Part shown: positions 1 through 11,900 of the stretch, one piece after another
Position numbering within the stretch: position 1 is the stretch's first letter
Layout of the letters: each line of letters opens with the position of its first letter
DNA from: Opitutales bacterium
GTDB lineage: Bacteria; Verrucomicrobiota; Verrucomicrobiia; Opitutales; UBA2987
Assembly: GCA_965226885.1 (NCBI GenBank)
Contig: CBDDEL010000013.1
Location: 64,001-128,000, forward strand
Reading direction: 5' to 3'
Length of the DNA: 64,000 nt
Made by a program: the position numbers and the translations under genes
The notes under the pieces: generated by a model
The model's input: the letters and a program-made list of their open reading frames with translations, nothing else
Database searches by the model: none
Told to the model about the DNA's origin: nothing

Positions 1-1
1 C

Positions 2-922
2 ACCAACACCATCGGCAATAATATACTCACCCGGGCCGCCTCGGTGCTCAATAGCGCCACCCAGGGCCGTATCGATACGGCCGTTTTCTCGGCTCCCGCA
101 TTTAGTATCGTGCTCAGCGCCCTGGAGTCCCTGAGCGATACCCAGCTGATTTCCAATCCCACCGTGGTGACGCTGAACAACACACCGGCCACGATCAACA
201 TCGGTGAGGAATTCCCCATACCTGATTACAATTACAATGAGGAGCGCGGCACCTTCGAGGTCAGCGGATTCACCTTCAAAGCCATCGGCATCCTCCTGAG
301 AGTTACCCCGCATGTGAATAGCGCTGGTTTTATCGACCTCAACATCAGGCCGGAGGTTAGCAGCCGGGCCGGCACGGTTAATTTCGGCGGCGCTGCCGGC
401 ACGGTTAATTTCGGCGGCGCTGCCGGGGCGGAAATCCCCATTATTACGACGCGCAAGACGGAGAGCACCATAACGATCAAGGACGGCTATACCCTGGCCA
501 TCGGTGGTTTGATCGAAAAAACGGTGCAAAACAGCCGCAACCAAGTACCCCTTCTGGGTAATATCCCAGGATTGGGCAAGCTGTTCCGCAGCCGGAGCGA
601 CAGCGAAGACCGCCGCAACCTGATTATTTTTGTCACTGCCAAAACCCTCAACCCGGACGGGAGCACCTATAAAGACATATTTTCACCAAAAGCCCTGCAC
701 CAAATGGGTATCAAGAGTTCCGAATTGCCCGGAGCGGAAATCTCGGAGGAATCGGCCCGGCTTTACAAAGAGGTGCAAGCGATTCGCGATAATTTGGATT
801 CCTTGAAAACCGAATCCAAATTACGCCAACAACTGGAAGCCATTCGATCAAGCCAGAGCAAAGGTAAATATAAAGACGATTCTGATGAACGGCCGAACAA
901 GAAAAAGAGATTAGACTGGTAA
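2..922 (+). CDS. Secretin (GspD/PilQ family), C-terminal part; 5'-truncated by window edge
   Basis: Frame open from base 2; secretin motifs 'ISNPTVVTLNN', 'IGILLRVTP', 'DGYTLAIGGLI', 'VPLLGNIPGLGKLFRS', 'LIIFVTA'. Carries an in-frame 27-bp duplication (GTVNFGGAA x2). Confidence 0.92.
   Translation, partial: TNTIGNNILTRAASVLNSATQGRIDTAVFSAPAFSIVLSALESLSDTQLISNPTVVTLNNTPATINIGEEFPIPDYNYNEERGTFEVSGFTFKAIGILLRVTPHVNSAGFIDLNIRPEVSSRAGTVNFGGAAGTVNFGGAAGAEIPIITTRKTESTITIKDGYTLAIGGLIEKTVQNSRNQVPLLGNIPGLGKLFRSRSDSEDRRNLIIFVTAKTLNPDGSTYKDIFSPKALHQMGIKSSELPGAEISEESARLYKEVQAIRDNLDSLKTESKLRQQLEAIRSSQSKGKYKDDSDERPNKKKRLDW
368..426 (+). repeat. Perfect 27-bp tandem duplication in the secretin gene
   Basis: gccggcacggttaatttcggcggcgct at 368-394 and 395-421, followed by gccgg. 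Confidence 0.95.
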
Positions 923-2341
923 GTTAATCATTTTTTCTCGACCTATGAAAAAGTCACTACAACAGGCAACTCCTTGGCTCCTGCTTGGCATAGGCCTCGG
1001 CTTGGGAGTCATGCAGCCAGCCCTCCACGGGAACGGCAACCAGACACTCAGCGCGGGCCAGTCACACACCTTGGTCATCGGCGAAAACGATACCATGTGG
1101 GGCTGGGGCGGCAATGCCTCCGGCCAACTGGGCGACGGCACAACCATCGATAAACTGCAGCCCGCCCGCATCGGGGCCGAAACCGACTGGCGCTATGTCA
1201 GCGCTGGCGAAACCCACTCCGCAGCCATCGCTGTGGACGGCAGCTTATGGACTTGGGGCGCAAACAATTTTGGACAACTGGGCACGGGAGACAACGAAAA
1301 CAGCCTAACCCCCGTGCGGGTGGGAACCTTCAGCGATTGGACGCATGTTTCCGCGGGGTCGAACTTCACAGTGGGGATTCGTAGTTCCGGCCAGGCTGGC
1401 AAGGCGTTCGTTTGGGGCTCCAACGACCTCGGGCAATTGGCCCGCAGCCCGGCCGCCACACCCCAGTCCTCCGAACCGCTGGCGGTGGACGAAGATGAAG
1501 ATCGGTATTACGTGGCCATATCCGCCGGGGTTGGCCATGTCCTGGCCATACGGGCCTCGGGCATTCTGACAGCCTGGGGAAATAACGGTTCCGCCCAATT
1601 GGGCTTGGGGATAGCGCCCGGCCTGCCCATAATCAACGTCACAGAGGTAGGCAATTCATTCTTTCCCTGGGTCTCGATTTCGGCCGCAAATTCTTCATCT
1701 TTCGCCATTGATGCAAGCGGCAACCTCTATGCCTGGGGCTTCAGCGGCGCTCCCTTTTTAGGGCTGGGGTACCACTGTCTCCTCGGCCTTAAGCCCCACC
1801 CAAGTGGGCACAGAGTCGAATTGGGGCGGAGTCGATGCCAGTTCCACACACGTTCTTGCCCTGAAAACCGATGGGGCCCTCTGGGGATGGGGCCTGAACG
1901 ACTCTATCCAACTGGGTTTGCCCACTTTAGATGTCGCCCAGCAGCCTATTTTTGAAAATCAGATAAAGTTTGCGCCGGTTCAGCTCGGTTCCCTGACCAA
2001 TTGGACGGCAGCCGCGGCGGGCGACAGTTTTACCGCCCTGAGCGATGACATTGGCATTGTCTTTACTTCGGGGACCAACGACCAGGGGTAATTGGGCGAC
2101 AATACCATTATGCAAACGCTTCTAGATACGGACGGCTTCGGCGGATCGTTTTTCGGCATTCCCGACATCACCATCGATGCCATCCTCGTCAATCCTGACA
2201 ATCCCACACCCGGCGGGATCGTTAATGTGAACATATTTCTGCTCAACGTGGGCACAAAAACGATTCCGGAAAACTCCGGCATAGAAATCGAACTGCGGTT
2301 TAGCGAAGATAACATTTTCGACGGCGGCGACATCGCACTAG

Positions 2342-3921
2342 CCCGGATATTTCATGAAGGGTAAAGTTTGGCTCGTTATTGCTATTGGAGATGGATTTCT
2401 TTGTATTTTGAGCAGATCGTCTTGATTTTTAGGTGTTTTTCAGGGTGTAGAGACACTGCCCCCTTTCCCCCATTGGTTCGGTAGTGCCGGGGGCAGCACC
2501 AATGCACCCTTTAGGTTGGCACCAATCGGCGGGCCGCATGGTTGAAAAGACTGGCCCAAGGATAACTCTCACTTAGGTGAAAGTGAATCGTTCGGGTGTT
2601 GCGCACGATGACCGCTCCGATCTTGATTAATTTGAGCCGCAGGGTGTGGCATTGGGCCCGCGCCCACTTCGTCCCTTTTAAGGCTAACCGGCGCATGGCT
2701 TCCATCAAGGTGTAGGCCAGCGCCGACAAGAGCAATCGCCACTGATTGGCCCACCATTGATGGGCGCTGGTGCGCTCGCTGAACAATTGCATCTGTTCCT
2801 TGATTCGGTTCTCCATTTCACCGCGGCCACAGTATACCTTGTCGTAAAGCTCCTGGGGATCGCCCGGCAGGTTCGTCACCACGAAGCGCGGGTTGGACCC
2901 CTGTGCGGTGTGTTCGGCTTTATGGATGACCAACCGCAGCCATCGCCACGAATCGGCAGCATAGACGAAGTCCTGGAATAACCGTTGTTTTTTACCCCTT
3001 AGTTCGAACCCTTAGTTCGAACCATTCTTTGGCCTGCTTTTGCAACTGCTGGGCGTCTTGCTGCAAGCGTGCATTGCGAGCCATCCCCACGATGTAACTA
3101 ACTTCGTTGCGGTCGCACCAAGAGAGTATCCGGTCTCGACAAAATCCACTGTCGGCGCGCCAAATAATCCGCGTACGGGGCCAGCTTTGGCGCATCCGTT
3201 TAACCAGCAATTTGAGGATGGCCCCGGCATGCTTGCTGGCATCGATCTTGCTCGGCCGCAGGTAGGCCACCAGCAGCTGATCACCGCAAAAAACATATAG
3301 CGGCAGAAAACAGTAATGATCATAATAACCGTGGAAAAAACGTCCCTCCTGGAGCCCGTGCACCGGATTGTCGGTGGCGTCAAAGTCCAGGATGATCTCT
3401 TCGGGTTCCTCGGCAAAGGAGCCCATGAACTGTTCGACCAACAGCTCGTTTACCGCAAAGGCCGCCCGCCGATCCTGCCCGTTTTCAAAACGACACAAAG
3501 TCGGCGCGCTGGCCAACGTTTCAATGCGCCCCGTTACCGTTTGCAACAATGGATCGTGGCGCAGGGTATCAAAGTCGTTCAAATCCTCATAGCCCGCCAC
3601 CAGCCCGTAAACGCGCTGCCGCAGCATCCCCAATACCTCATGGCGTACTTTGCCCTTCTGCCGTTTGTCCACTAACTGTCGGGCCGCTCGTTCGGTCAAG
3701 CCCAACTGCCGATCCACTTCCCGGATCAGAAGCAGTCCGGCATCCGAAGTAACCTCTCCGCCCTTGAAATCAACCCGCACACGGCGGCCTTTTACCCTTG
3801 TCAACTGTAGCTTTAATTGTTTACCTTTTGTCATCGCTGATATTGCTTTAATTATTGATCTATCCTGCTGTATATCAGCAGTTAAGCATATCAACGATAC
3901 TTTTTTTGCGAAATATCCGGG
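2342..3921 (-). mobile_element. IS1380-family insertion sequence (1,580 bp)
   Basis: 12-bp terminal inverted repeats CCCGGATATTTC (2342-2353) / GAAATATCCGGG (3910-3921); CTAG target duplication at 2338-2341 and 3922-3925; IS1380-type transposase inside. Confidence 0.93.
2511..3834 (-). pseudogene. IS1380 transposase, frameshifted
   Basis: Motifs 'TSDAGLLL', 'GYEDLND', 'LDFDATD', 'RADSGF', 'YCGRGEMENRIKEQ'. A 13-bp duplication (cccttagttcgaa, 2996-3021) splits it into two ORFs; removal restores FELRGKKQRLFQDF...VIHKAEH. Confidence 0.92.
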
Positions 3922-6900
3922 CTAGTAACTTCCGGGGGCGGCCCCATTGTGACCAATGGCGCCATCGGCAGCGGTTTGGGGTTGACGGTGAATGCTGAGG
4001 TCGTTTTGCCCGCCGTCGTCAATGCCGGCACCTATTTCATCGTGGGCCGGGCTGATACCACCGATACGGTCAACGAGACTGAAGAGGAAAACAACGACGG
4101 GGCCATTGCCGAGGCCCTCGAATTCAGGCCCGACCTTATAATTGCGGTGACCAGCCTCGATCTCAGCGGCGCCCCCTTTCTGGGTGAATCCGAAGTCAAT
4201 TTCATTTTACAGGTTTCCAATGATGGCAATGGCCGGCTGTCCGCAGGGGAGGATGGCGATTTCGACATCAGGCTGCTGCTTTCAGAAAACGGGATTCCCG
4301 ACGATACTGGGGACATCGTCCTGATTGAAGAACTCAATATAGAGGGCGGAATTAATGCCGGGGGCGCAATCCCCATACCCGTAACCGTCAAGCTGCCGCG
4401 CGCCTTGCCGGTGGGATTTTACCGAATTATCGCCGAAGTTGATGTCAATGATGATATTGACGAATTTGCCGATGACGGCGAGGGCAACAATGTCGGCGAG
4501 GACAACAATGTATTTATACCGGAAAGCTCTGAAATCGAGGTGACCGGGATCGACCTGACAGAGGCGCTGGACAATCCGGACCTCGAAGGTCCCATTCAGT
4601 TCACGACCGGAGGGGACGGCTCCTGGTATGGCCAGGATAAAGATATCTTTACCGGCCCGGGTGCTCCCGTGGATAATGATGACGCCGCCGAAAGTCCGCC
4701 CTTACTGGAGGGAGAAACGGCCTTTTTTGAAGCCACCGTGCCCGGGCCCAGCCGCATTTCCTTCTTCTGGCAAGCCAATACCAACAGCCCGGATAATTTC
4801 CTCTCTTTCAGTGTCGATGGCGCCGAGCAGGAAGATGGACGCATCTTTGGCGACAATCCCTTTGAGCGCGTAACCTTCACCCTGCCGGCTTTGAACAATA
4901 AAGTGCGGTGGACCTTTCATCAGGGAACTCCCTTTAATGAAGACCCCGCCGTCGATATAGGGAGGGTGGACGGCGTCGAGTTGATTGCCCTGGAGGGCAA
5001 AGACATTGTCATGGTAAGCACCAGCTTCACCCCGGGCGTCCTTGTCCCGCTGCAGAACCGGCTGCCGGTTACGGTATTGGGGAGCAACCAGGGTCAGATC
5101 GTGACGGAAGATTTTGAAGTAACCGTCACCCTCTCGCTTGATCGCGATCCCGATACCGAGGAGGGGGATGTCGTACTGGGAACCCTGGAACGTTTTCCGG
5201 AACTCGATGCCGACGACAGGTTCGGCTATTTCGCCTCACTGGAAATCGGGGCCAACATACCGGCCGGCAATTATTTCCTCATCGTTCAGTTGGACAGCGG
5301 CAATATCATCGATGAAATTAATGAGGAAAACAATTTCTTCATCTCCGATAGCGCGGACCTGATCATCGAGCCGCGGCCCGACATCGTCCCCGTCACCCTC
5401 GACTTTAATCCTCGATTTCCGATCCCTCCGCTACAGCCCGATCCCACCGTGGCGGTCGATCCTGATCCCTATTTCTTTCTTTATGGTGAAAAACTGGAAT
5501 TCGATTTCCAGATTATAAACGAGGGTCTGGCCGATGTTCCGACCGATCCAACCACCGGGCAGCCGACCCCCTTCAACCTGGATGTCGTTCTTTCGGCTGA
5601 CACCGACTTCGGGACGGCCGGCGATTTCACGGTTGTGTCCATTACGGAAACCCTGGGTTTGCCGGTGGGGCAGACACGCAATTATCATGTGACCGTTGAA
5701 ATCCAGCCGGATACCCCCACCGGACAGCGTTTCTTCATCGGGCTGGTCGTCGATTCCGGTTTGCAGGTCACGGAAATTCAGGAAATCAACAACACCATTG
5801 GGTCCACCGACACCCAATTAGTCATGCTTTCAGAAATCCCCATCGCCGAAGCGGTGGACGACAATGCGGGGCGCATTTACCGCAATGAGAGGCTGGACGA
5901 TGGCGACAGAAATTTTCCCTGGTTTGGCCAGTTAGAAGAAGCCTTCATCGTGCAGGCAGGCCACGACGCCGTGCAGAGCAGCAATATCGACAATAGCGAA
6001 ACGGCCACCTTCGAGGTCGATTTCACTACTGTCGGAGACCAGCCCGAGGTGATCAGCTTCGCCTGGAAAGTATCCTCCGAACGGAGCATTATTGTCGATG
6101 GGGAAGGAGATGTCGTTAAATTCGACGCCCTCACCTTCTACATAGACGATGTGGAGCAGGATTTCATTTCCGGTGAAATTGATTGGGAAGAAAGAAGCTT
6201 TACCCTACAGCCGGGGGCGCATGTTCTGCGGTGGGTTTACAGCAAGGACGGCAGCGTCACACTCGGGCAGGATGCCGGTTGGGTGGACTTTGTCCGCACC
6301 ACCAGCCCGGACTTGGTGGTGACGGATATTGACGTTTCGCCGGTGCTGGCTGAGGGAGAATTTCTTACTGCCGGGGCGCCCTTCGAGGTAGACGTCGCCA
6401 TCGCCAATCAGGGTGTTTCGGATGTTCCCATCTCGCCGCCTTTCCGGGTGCAAATCCGTATTTCCACCGATCAGCAATTCGACGATGAGGCCGATGTCGT
6501 GCGCAACGATTTTATCCTCGATACTTTCGAGATTGATGCAGGCCTTCCGGCGGGGGAAACCGTGGTCTTTAATCGACAACTGAACGTTCCCATAAACATC
6601 GCCCTGCCCGACGATTATTTTGTCGGAGTACTCGTTGACGTGCTGGGCGATATCGCCGAATCGGACGAAACCAACAACGAATTATTCACCCCCTCCAGCC
6701 TCTTGAGCATTCAGCCGACAATTGATTTGGCGACCTCGCTCAACGCCGGGGAATTCACTTCGGCCAATGGATGGCAGACGGCTGGAGATTCCACCTGGTT
6801 CGGGCAAAACGGTAAATTCGTGGATGCCCCCGGCAATGATTCGGCGGCCCAATCCTCGCCCCTACTGACCGGCCAGCGGGCGAATCTGAAAACCCTCATC

Positions 6901-8619
6901 GATGGACCCGCCATTGTCAGTTTTTACTGGAAAGTGTCTTCCATCGAGAATTTCAATTTCCTCAATTTTATTGTCGGTGATATCGAGCAGGAGCGCATTT
7001 CCGGCGATATTGACTGGACCTTTACAAGGGGCAGTTTTGCCATCAATCATTTCGAGGCGGAGACCCCGCCACTCTCCTTCGAGGCCTCTACGGCCGATGT
7101 TGAAGCCGCTATAAACCTCTTTGGCACGGTTGGCAGCGGTGTTACCGTGGCGGGCGGTATACCCTCTACGGAGGGGGCCCGAACCTACACCGTCACCTTT
7201 ATAACGACTTCGGCGACCAGACTGCCTTCAAGATCGATCCAGAATTTCTGGGCCAGCCCGGAACCTTCAGGGTTCTGGAAACGGTCAAAGGTGACGCCTC
7301 GACCCAGGAGGTGCAGACCCTGCTGCTCTCTCCGCATGTTGAATTCTTTGTTTCGGCAGGAACACCGTTCATTGAATGGTCGTACAATAAAAACAGCATT
7401 GAGCAGAAAGAAAACATTGAGGACAGCGCCTGGGTCGATCAGGTGGAGGTCGTGCCGGTAACACAGCCCGACCTGCTGGTGACAACCCTTTCGGTGGCGC
7501 CCGGAGAGTATATTCTGGACCGCCGGGATGATCCCGACCGGGACAAGCTGCCTATCACCGTGGTGGCCAAAAACCGCGGGGCCGACGTGCCGGATGTGAC
7601 TGAGATCACTCCTTCCGACATTGATGTGGTTCTTTCCTCCGACCGTGTATTCGGCAATGCGGACGACATTCCTCTGGGCATATTTGCCCGCGTCGAAAAC
7701 ACCAACGAAGGGCTAATAATCTCCTTCAGCGGCGATGTCGAAATACCTCTCATCACCCCCACTGGCGATTACTTCGTTATCGTCTATGTGGATTTCCTGA
7801 ATCGTTTCGAGGAATACCAACCGAACGATTTCGAACGATTTACGGCCACTGACAACAACATGGCCATCACGTCCTCGCGTTCCATCTCCATAACCCGCAG
7901 GCCGGACCTGACACTGGAAAACGTGGTCTTTGACAACACCAAGGAATACTGTCCGGAAGGGACCATCAATCTGGACTTCACCATTCGCAACAGAGGGCTG
8001 GCGAGAACTAATGGCAGCGTACCGGTGATTGAGCGCGTAAGTTTGTTTTCGGGCCTTCCGACAGTGTTTGGAACACCCGTAGGCGACTTGGTCAACAACA
8101 CGGCCGATGTGGAGGACACCATTGGCATTTCCGTGCTGGTCAAAGATTTGACCGAGGCCGATGGCAACCGGGTGGAATTTTTCGAATCGCTGCCTGGAGT
8201 CGGCGAACTCAATCCCAACGGGGGCGTCCTCAATTTTGAATCCGAATTGACCCTGCTCACCCTCGGCCAGATTTCGGTGGCCCTTTCCGACGGCGGTGAA
8301 ATTGCTTCTTTTCTCAATATTTTCACCTTTTACCTGATTATCGATATCGATGCCAGCGACTTGGTTGTCGAATCCGATGAGCAAAACACTTACGTGCTGG
8401 TCAAAGAATTCAAACTACGGGCGCCGGAGTTGGAAAATTTTGACGATTGGGCCATCCGCAACGGAGTTACTGCCAGTGATTTTGTGGGAGATCTGGATGG
8501 CGATACCCTGACCAACTTGGAGGAATACGCCCTCGGGTCCAACCCGAAGGTATCCGAGGCCTCCGTGGTGGGGGGAGTCAACAGCCTGCTCAATGTTCCC
8601 GGGGTGGTCCTCGTCGATG

Positions 8620-8673
8620 GAGAGCAATACCTTGGCCTTACCTTACGAGAGCAATACCTTGGCCTTACCTTAC
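8620..8673 (+). repeat. Nested tandem duplication (27-bp unit containing an earlier 5-bp duplication)
   Basis: gagagcaataccttggccttaccttac x2, each copy with cctta-cctta. Removing both restores DGEQYLGLTFEFNNFATDLLFTVEISNNG in frame with ORF 8735-8941. Confidence 0.9.
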
Positions 8674-8998
8674 CTTTGAATTCAATAACTTTGCCACCGA
8701 TCTGCTCTTTACGGTCGAAATATCCAACAACGGCGTGAATTTTGCCCCCATATATTTTATTGAGCCGCCCTTTATGGAGATTACCAGCCTGACCGGAGTT
8801 GGCGGGCTGATCAAAGATACCCAGGTCTTTACCGTAACGCCTCTTGGCGCGACAACGCGAATAACGGTTCGGGATTTTGTTCCCATCGATGATCTTGCAT
8901 CCCGTTTCATGCGGCTCAAAATAGAAAAGGTTGACCTCTAAGACACGAACAAGATCTCGGCTACTCGTAGAACAAATTTTGGAAAAAGGGCAAAATAG

Positions 8999-11900
8999 AT
9001 GAATTCATATCCATACCGAGAGAAATTTCCACTCCTGTTACCTGGCTTATATACGGCGGTCTTGTCCTTTTTCCTGTCAACGGCGGGGCCTGTCCGGGTC
9101 GCCGCCGAGCCGCTGGCCGCCGGCATGGATCATTCCGTTACCGTCAATTCTCCCGGCAGCATGTGGTTGTGGGGCGGCAACAGCAAAGGACAGTTGGCCT
9201 CCGAAGACCTGGAAAACAGGTCTGAACCCATTTTATACCGGCCGAGCGAAGATTGGACGATGGTCTCGGCCGGCAACCACCACACCTTGGCTTTGCGCAG
9301 CAATGGCACTCTATGGGGCGTCGGGAGCAACGAGAATGGGCAACTCGGCCTCGGTTCCTCAACTACGGTTGTCGATGTGTTGACCCAGATAGGGTCCGAT
9401 TCCAACTGGACTGCGGTGTCGGCCGGCGGGCAGCACACCCTGGCCCTTAAATCCAACGGCTCGCTCTGGGCCTGGGGCAGGGGGGCATCGGCACGACCGA
9501 CGATGTCATTACATCGCCTATGCAGATAAGCGCATCGGGACAGGTATATGTAGCCATCTCGGCCGGAGAATTCCACTCTTTGGCCATACGGCAATCTGGG
9601 ACACCGTTTCCGCGGGAGGCACCCACAGTCTGGCCATCAAATCCAATGGCTCGCTCTGGGGTTGGGGTAGCCACAGCAAAGGCCAGCTGGGTTTGGGGCC
9701 GCAATTTTCATTAGATCATCTCGAACCGGAGCAGATTGGTGCATTCACCGATTGGCTGACCATTTCCGCCGGCCACCAGCATACCCTGGCCATTCGCGGT
9801 TCCGGCAGTTCCGGCACATTATGGGTCTGGGGCAGAAATAGCAGCGGCCAGTTGGGCTTGGGCGATGATGACAATGCCAACCGCGCTTTTCCCGAACAAC
9901 TCGGCTCCGCTTCAAATTGGACTACGGTGGCGGCGGGCAAAAGCCATTCCCTGCTGGCCAATTCCGGCGGCCAGGTTTTTTCCATGGGCAGTAATGCCAA
10001 AGGTCAATTGGGTGAGCCAGCAGCGGGTTCCTCCTCTGCCAGCCTGGTGGGGCCCCTCGTCTTTTTCGATCCAGGCCCCGGCGATCCCAGGCCCGACTTC
10101 ACCATCAGCAACGTGGTAGTAGATAGTGAAGGGCAGGAATTCACTTTGGGACAAACGGTAACTTACTCCCTGGACCTGAACAATGTGAACGAAGTCACCG
10201 ATTTTTTGCCGGGCGCGAATCCGGTCGAGATTCGGGTATTTCTCTCTGCCGATGACGAATTCAACCCGGGGGATGAACTGGTCGATACGGTCGATTTCAG
10301 CAACATTCTTGTAGGCGGGGCGAGCACAACCATCGACGATTCCTTTGTTCTCAGCCAGACCGTTTTAAAGGGTGTCTATTTTATCATATTTGTGGCCGAC
10401 GGGAGTGAAATTATCGATGAAGCTGATGAAAACAATAACATAGCTGTAACCGCCACTACTTTCGAAATTTTTGGCGATCCCGATTTTGAGGTCACTGGCG
10501 TGGACTTCGATACCCCGGACCCGCGGCCCGGAGGAGCGGTCACGTTCAATATAGACTTGGTCAACCTGGCCGGCAATTATCCCAGCGGCTCCGAATCCGT
10601 TCCGATCCAAGTCACTTTATCCATTGATGCGGTCCTCGGTAATTCCGATGACTTGATCGTCGGCACCATCTCCCTCACCACCGGATTAGGCTCAGGAGAG
10701 ACAAAAACCGTAAGCGGAGATTTAATTCTTCCCACCGGCATCCAGACGGCCGATTACGTCTATATATTCAATGTCAATCCATCATCGGAACTGAGTGAGA
10801 CCGACCTCGAAAATAATATATTTGTGTTGGTTGAATCAATTTCCTTCGTACCCGATTTTTCCATTCTCAGCTTGAGTCTACCCTCAAGCCAGTTATTTCC
10901 GGGCGACGACCTCAGTTTCAATTATACAGTGACCAATACCGGCGCCGACCATCCCGCCGATTCGGGCGATGTAGAGGTCGAACTGGTCCTGACTGTCAAT
11001 AACACCATAGGCGATTCCGACGATATTCTGTTGGGCGTTACCTCATTCAGTGACGGTATTGACTTCGGGGATAGCATAACAGCTTCCGATACATTGACCA
11101 TACCCGCGGATGTGCCATCGGATGTTTATTCTCTCTTTTTTCGGGTCAACAGCAACGATGTGCCTGTGGAAGAGATTTCCAGCGACAACAACGATCTTTT
11201 CGCCATTCGCGAATTCCGGTTTCTCCCCGATTTCGTCGTTACCAAGTTATTGATCCCGGAAACTGATTTTGCGCCCGATTCCGAGATTGGTTTCAAGATC
11301 ACGGCCCAAAACCAGGGGAGTGACTACGTGGCCGGTGGCAATGAGCCTTTGGAAATAACCGTCCACCTCACAAAAGATTTGATCTTAGATGACAACGATC
11401 TGGCTTTGGACGGAGTCATTGAAAAAGCCGGCAATATTGCGGCCAGCGAAAAATTTACCGACAGCATGGGCTATGTGGTGCCTTCCTCTGTAGTGGCGGG
11501 GGTGTACTTCGTGGCCGCCACCGTTGATGCCGAGGATATTACCCCCGAAATCGACGACGATAACAATACCCTCTTTTCGCAAGAGTCTTTCGACTTGAGG
11601 AGCGATCTCGAAATTACGGGATTTACCTTTACCCCCGCACCGGGTGGCATCGGACGCGGCGCCAATTTGATTTTCAGCGACATAACACTGGTCAACAACG
11701 GCGACTTCGATCTGGCCGCTGGAACCGAAATAACCCTTGAGGTGCAGCTGTCTCTGGATCGGCTTTACGGCGATATCAACGATATTCTGCTGATAACTGA
11801 TTATGCCATCACTCTGCCCGCTGATTTTACCGCCGGGGCAACCCTGGAGGTGGTCGCGGATGGCGGCGGCGATCCCTTTGCCCTGACCATTCCCGCGCAT

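Larger units (their letters stand above)
945..8941 (+). pseudogene. Giant secreted RCC1/CARDB-repeat protein A (about 2,100 aa reconstructed), disrupted
   Basis: Signal peptide, RCC1 repeats (SAG..H...WG.N..GQLG), about 7 CARDB-like repeats ending E..E.NN, 3 WFGQ modules, DGD..NL.EYA.G.NP motif, C-terminal RFMRLKI. Lesions: +1 G at 1766-1769, nonsense TAA at 2089-2091 inside GQLG, IS1380 at 2342, frameshift near 7200, nested duplication at 8620-8673. Removing the IS and one CTAG joins 2092-2341 in frame with the ORF at 3949. Confidence 0.88.

Noticed and set aside
1766..2091. Programmed phase variation or stop read-through in giant gene A
   Set aside because: The G run is only 4 nt, the TAA is a simple CAA-to-TAA change in GQLG, and further lesions including an IS follow.
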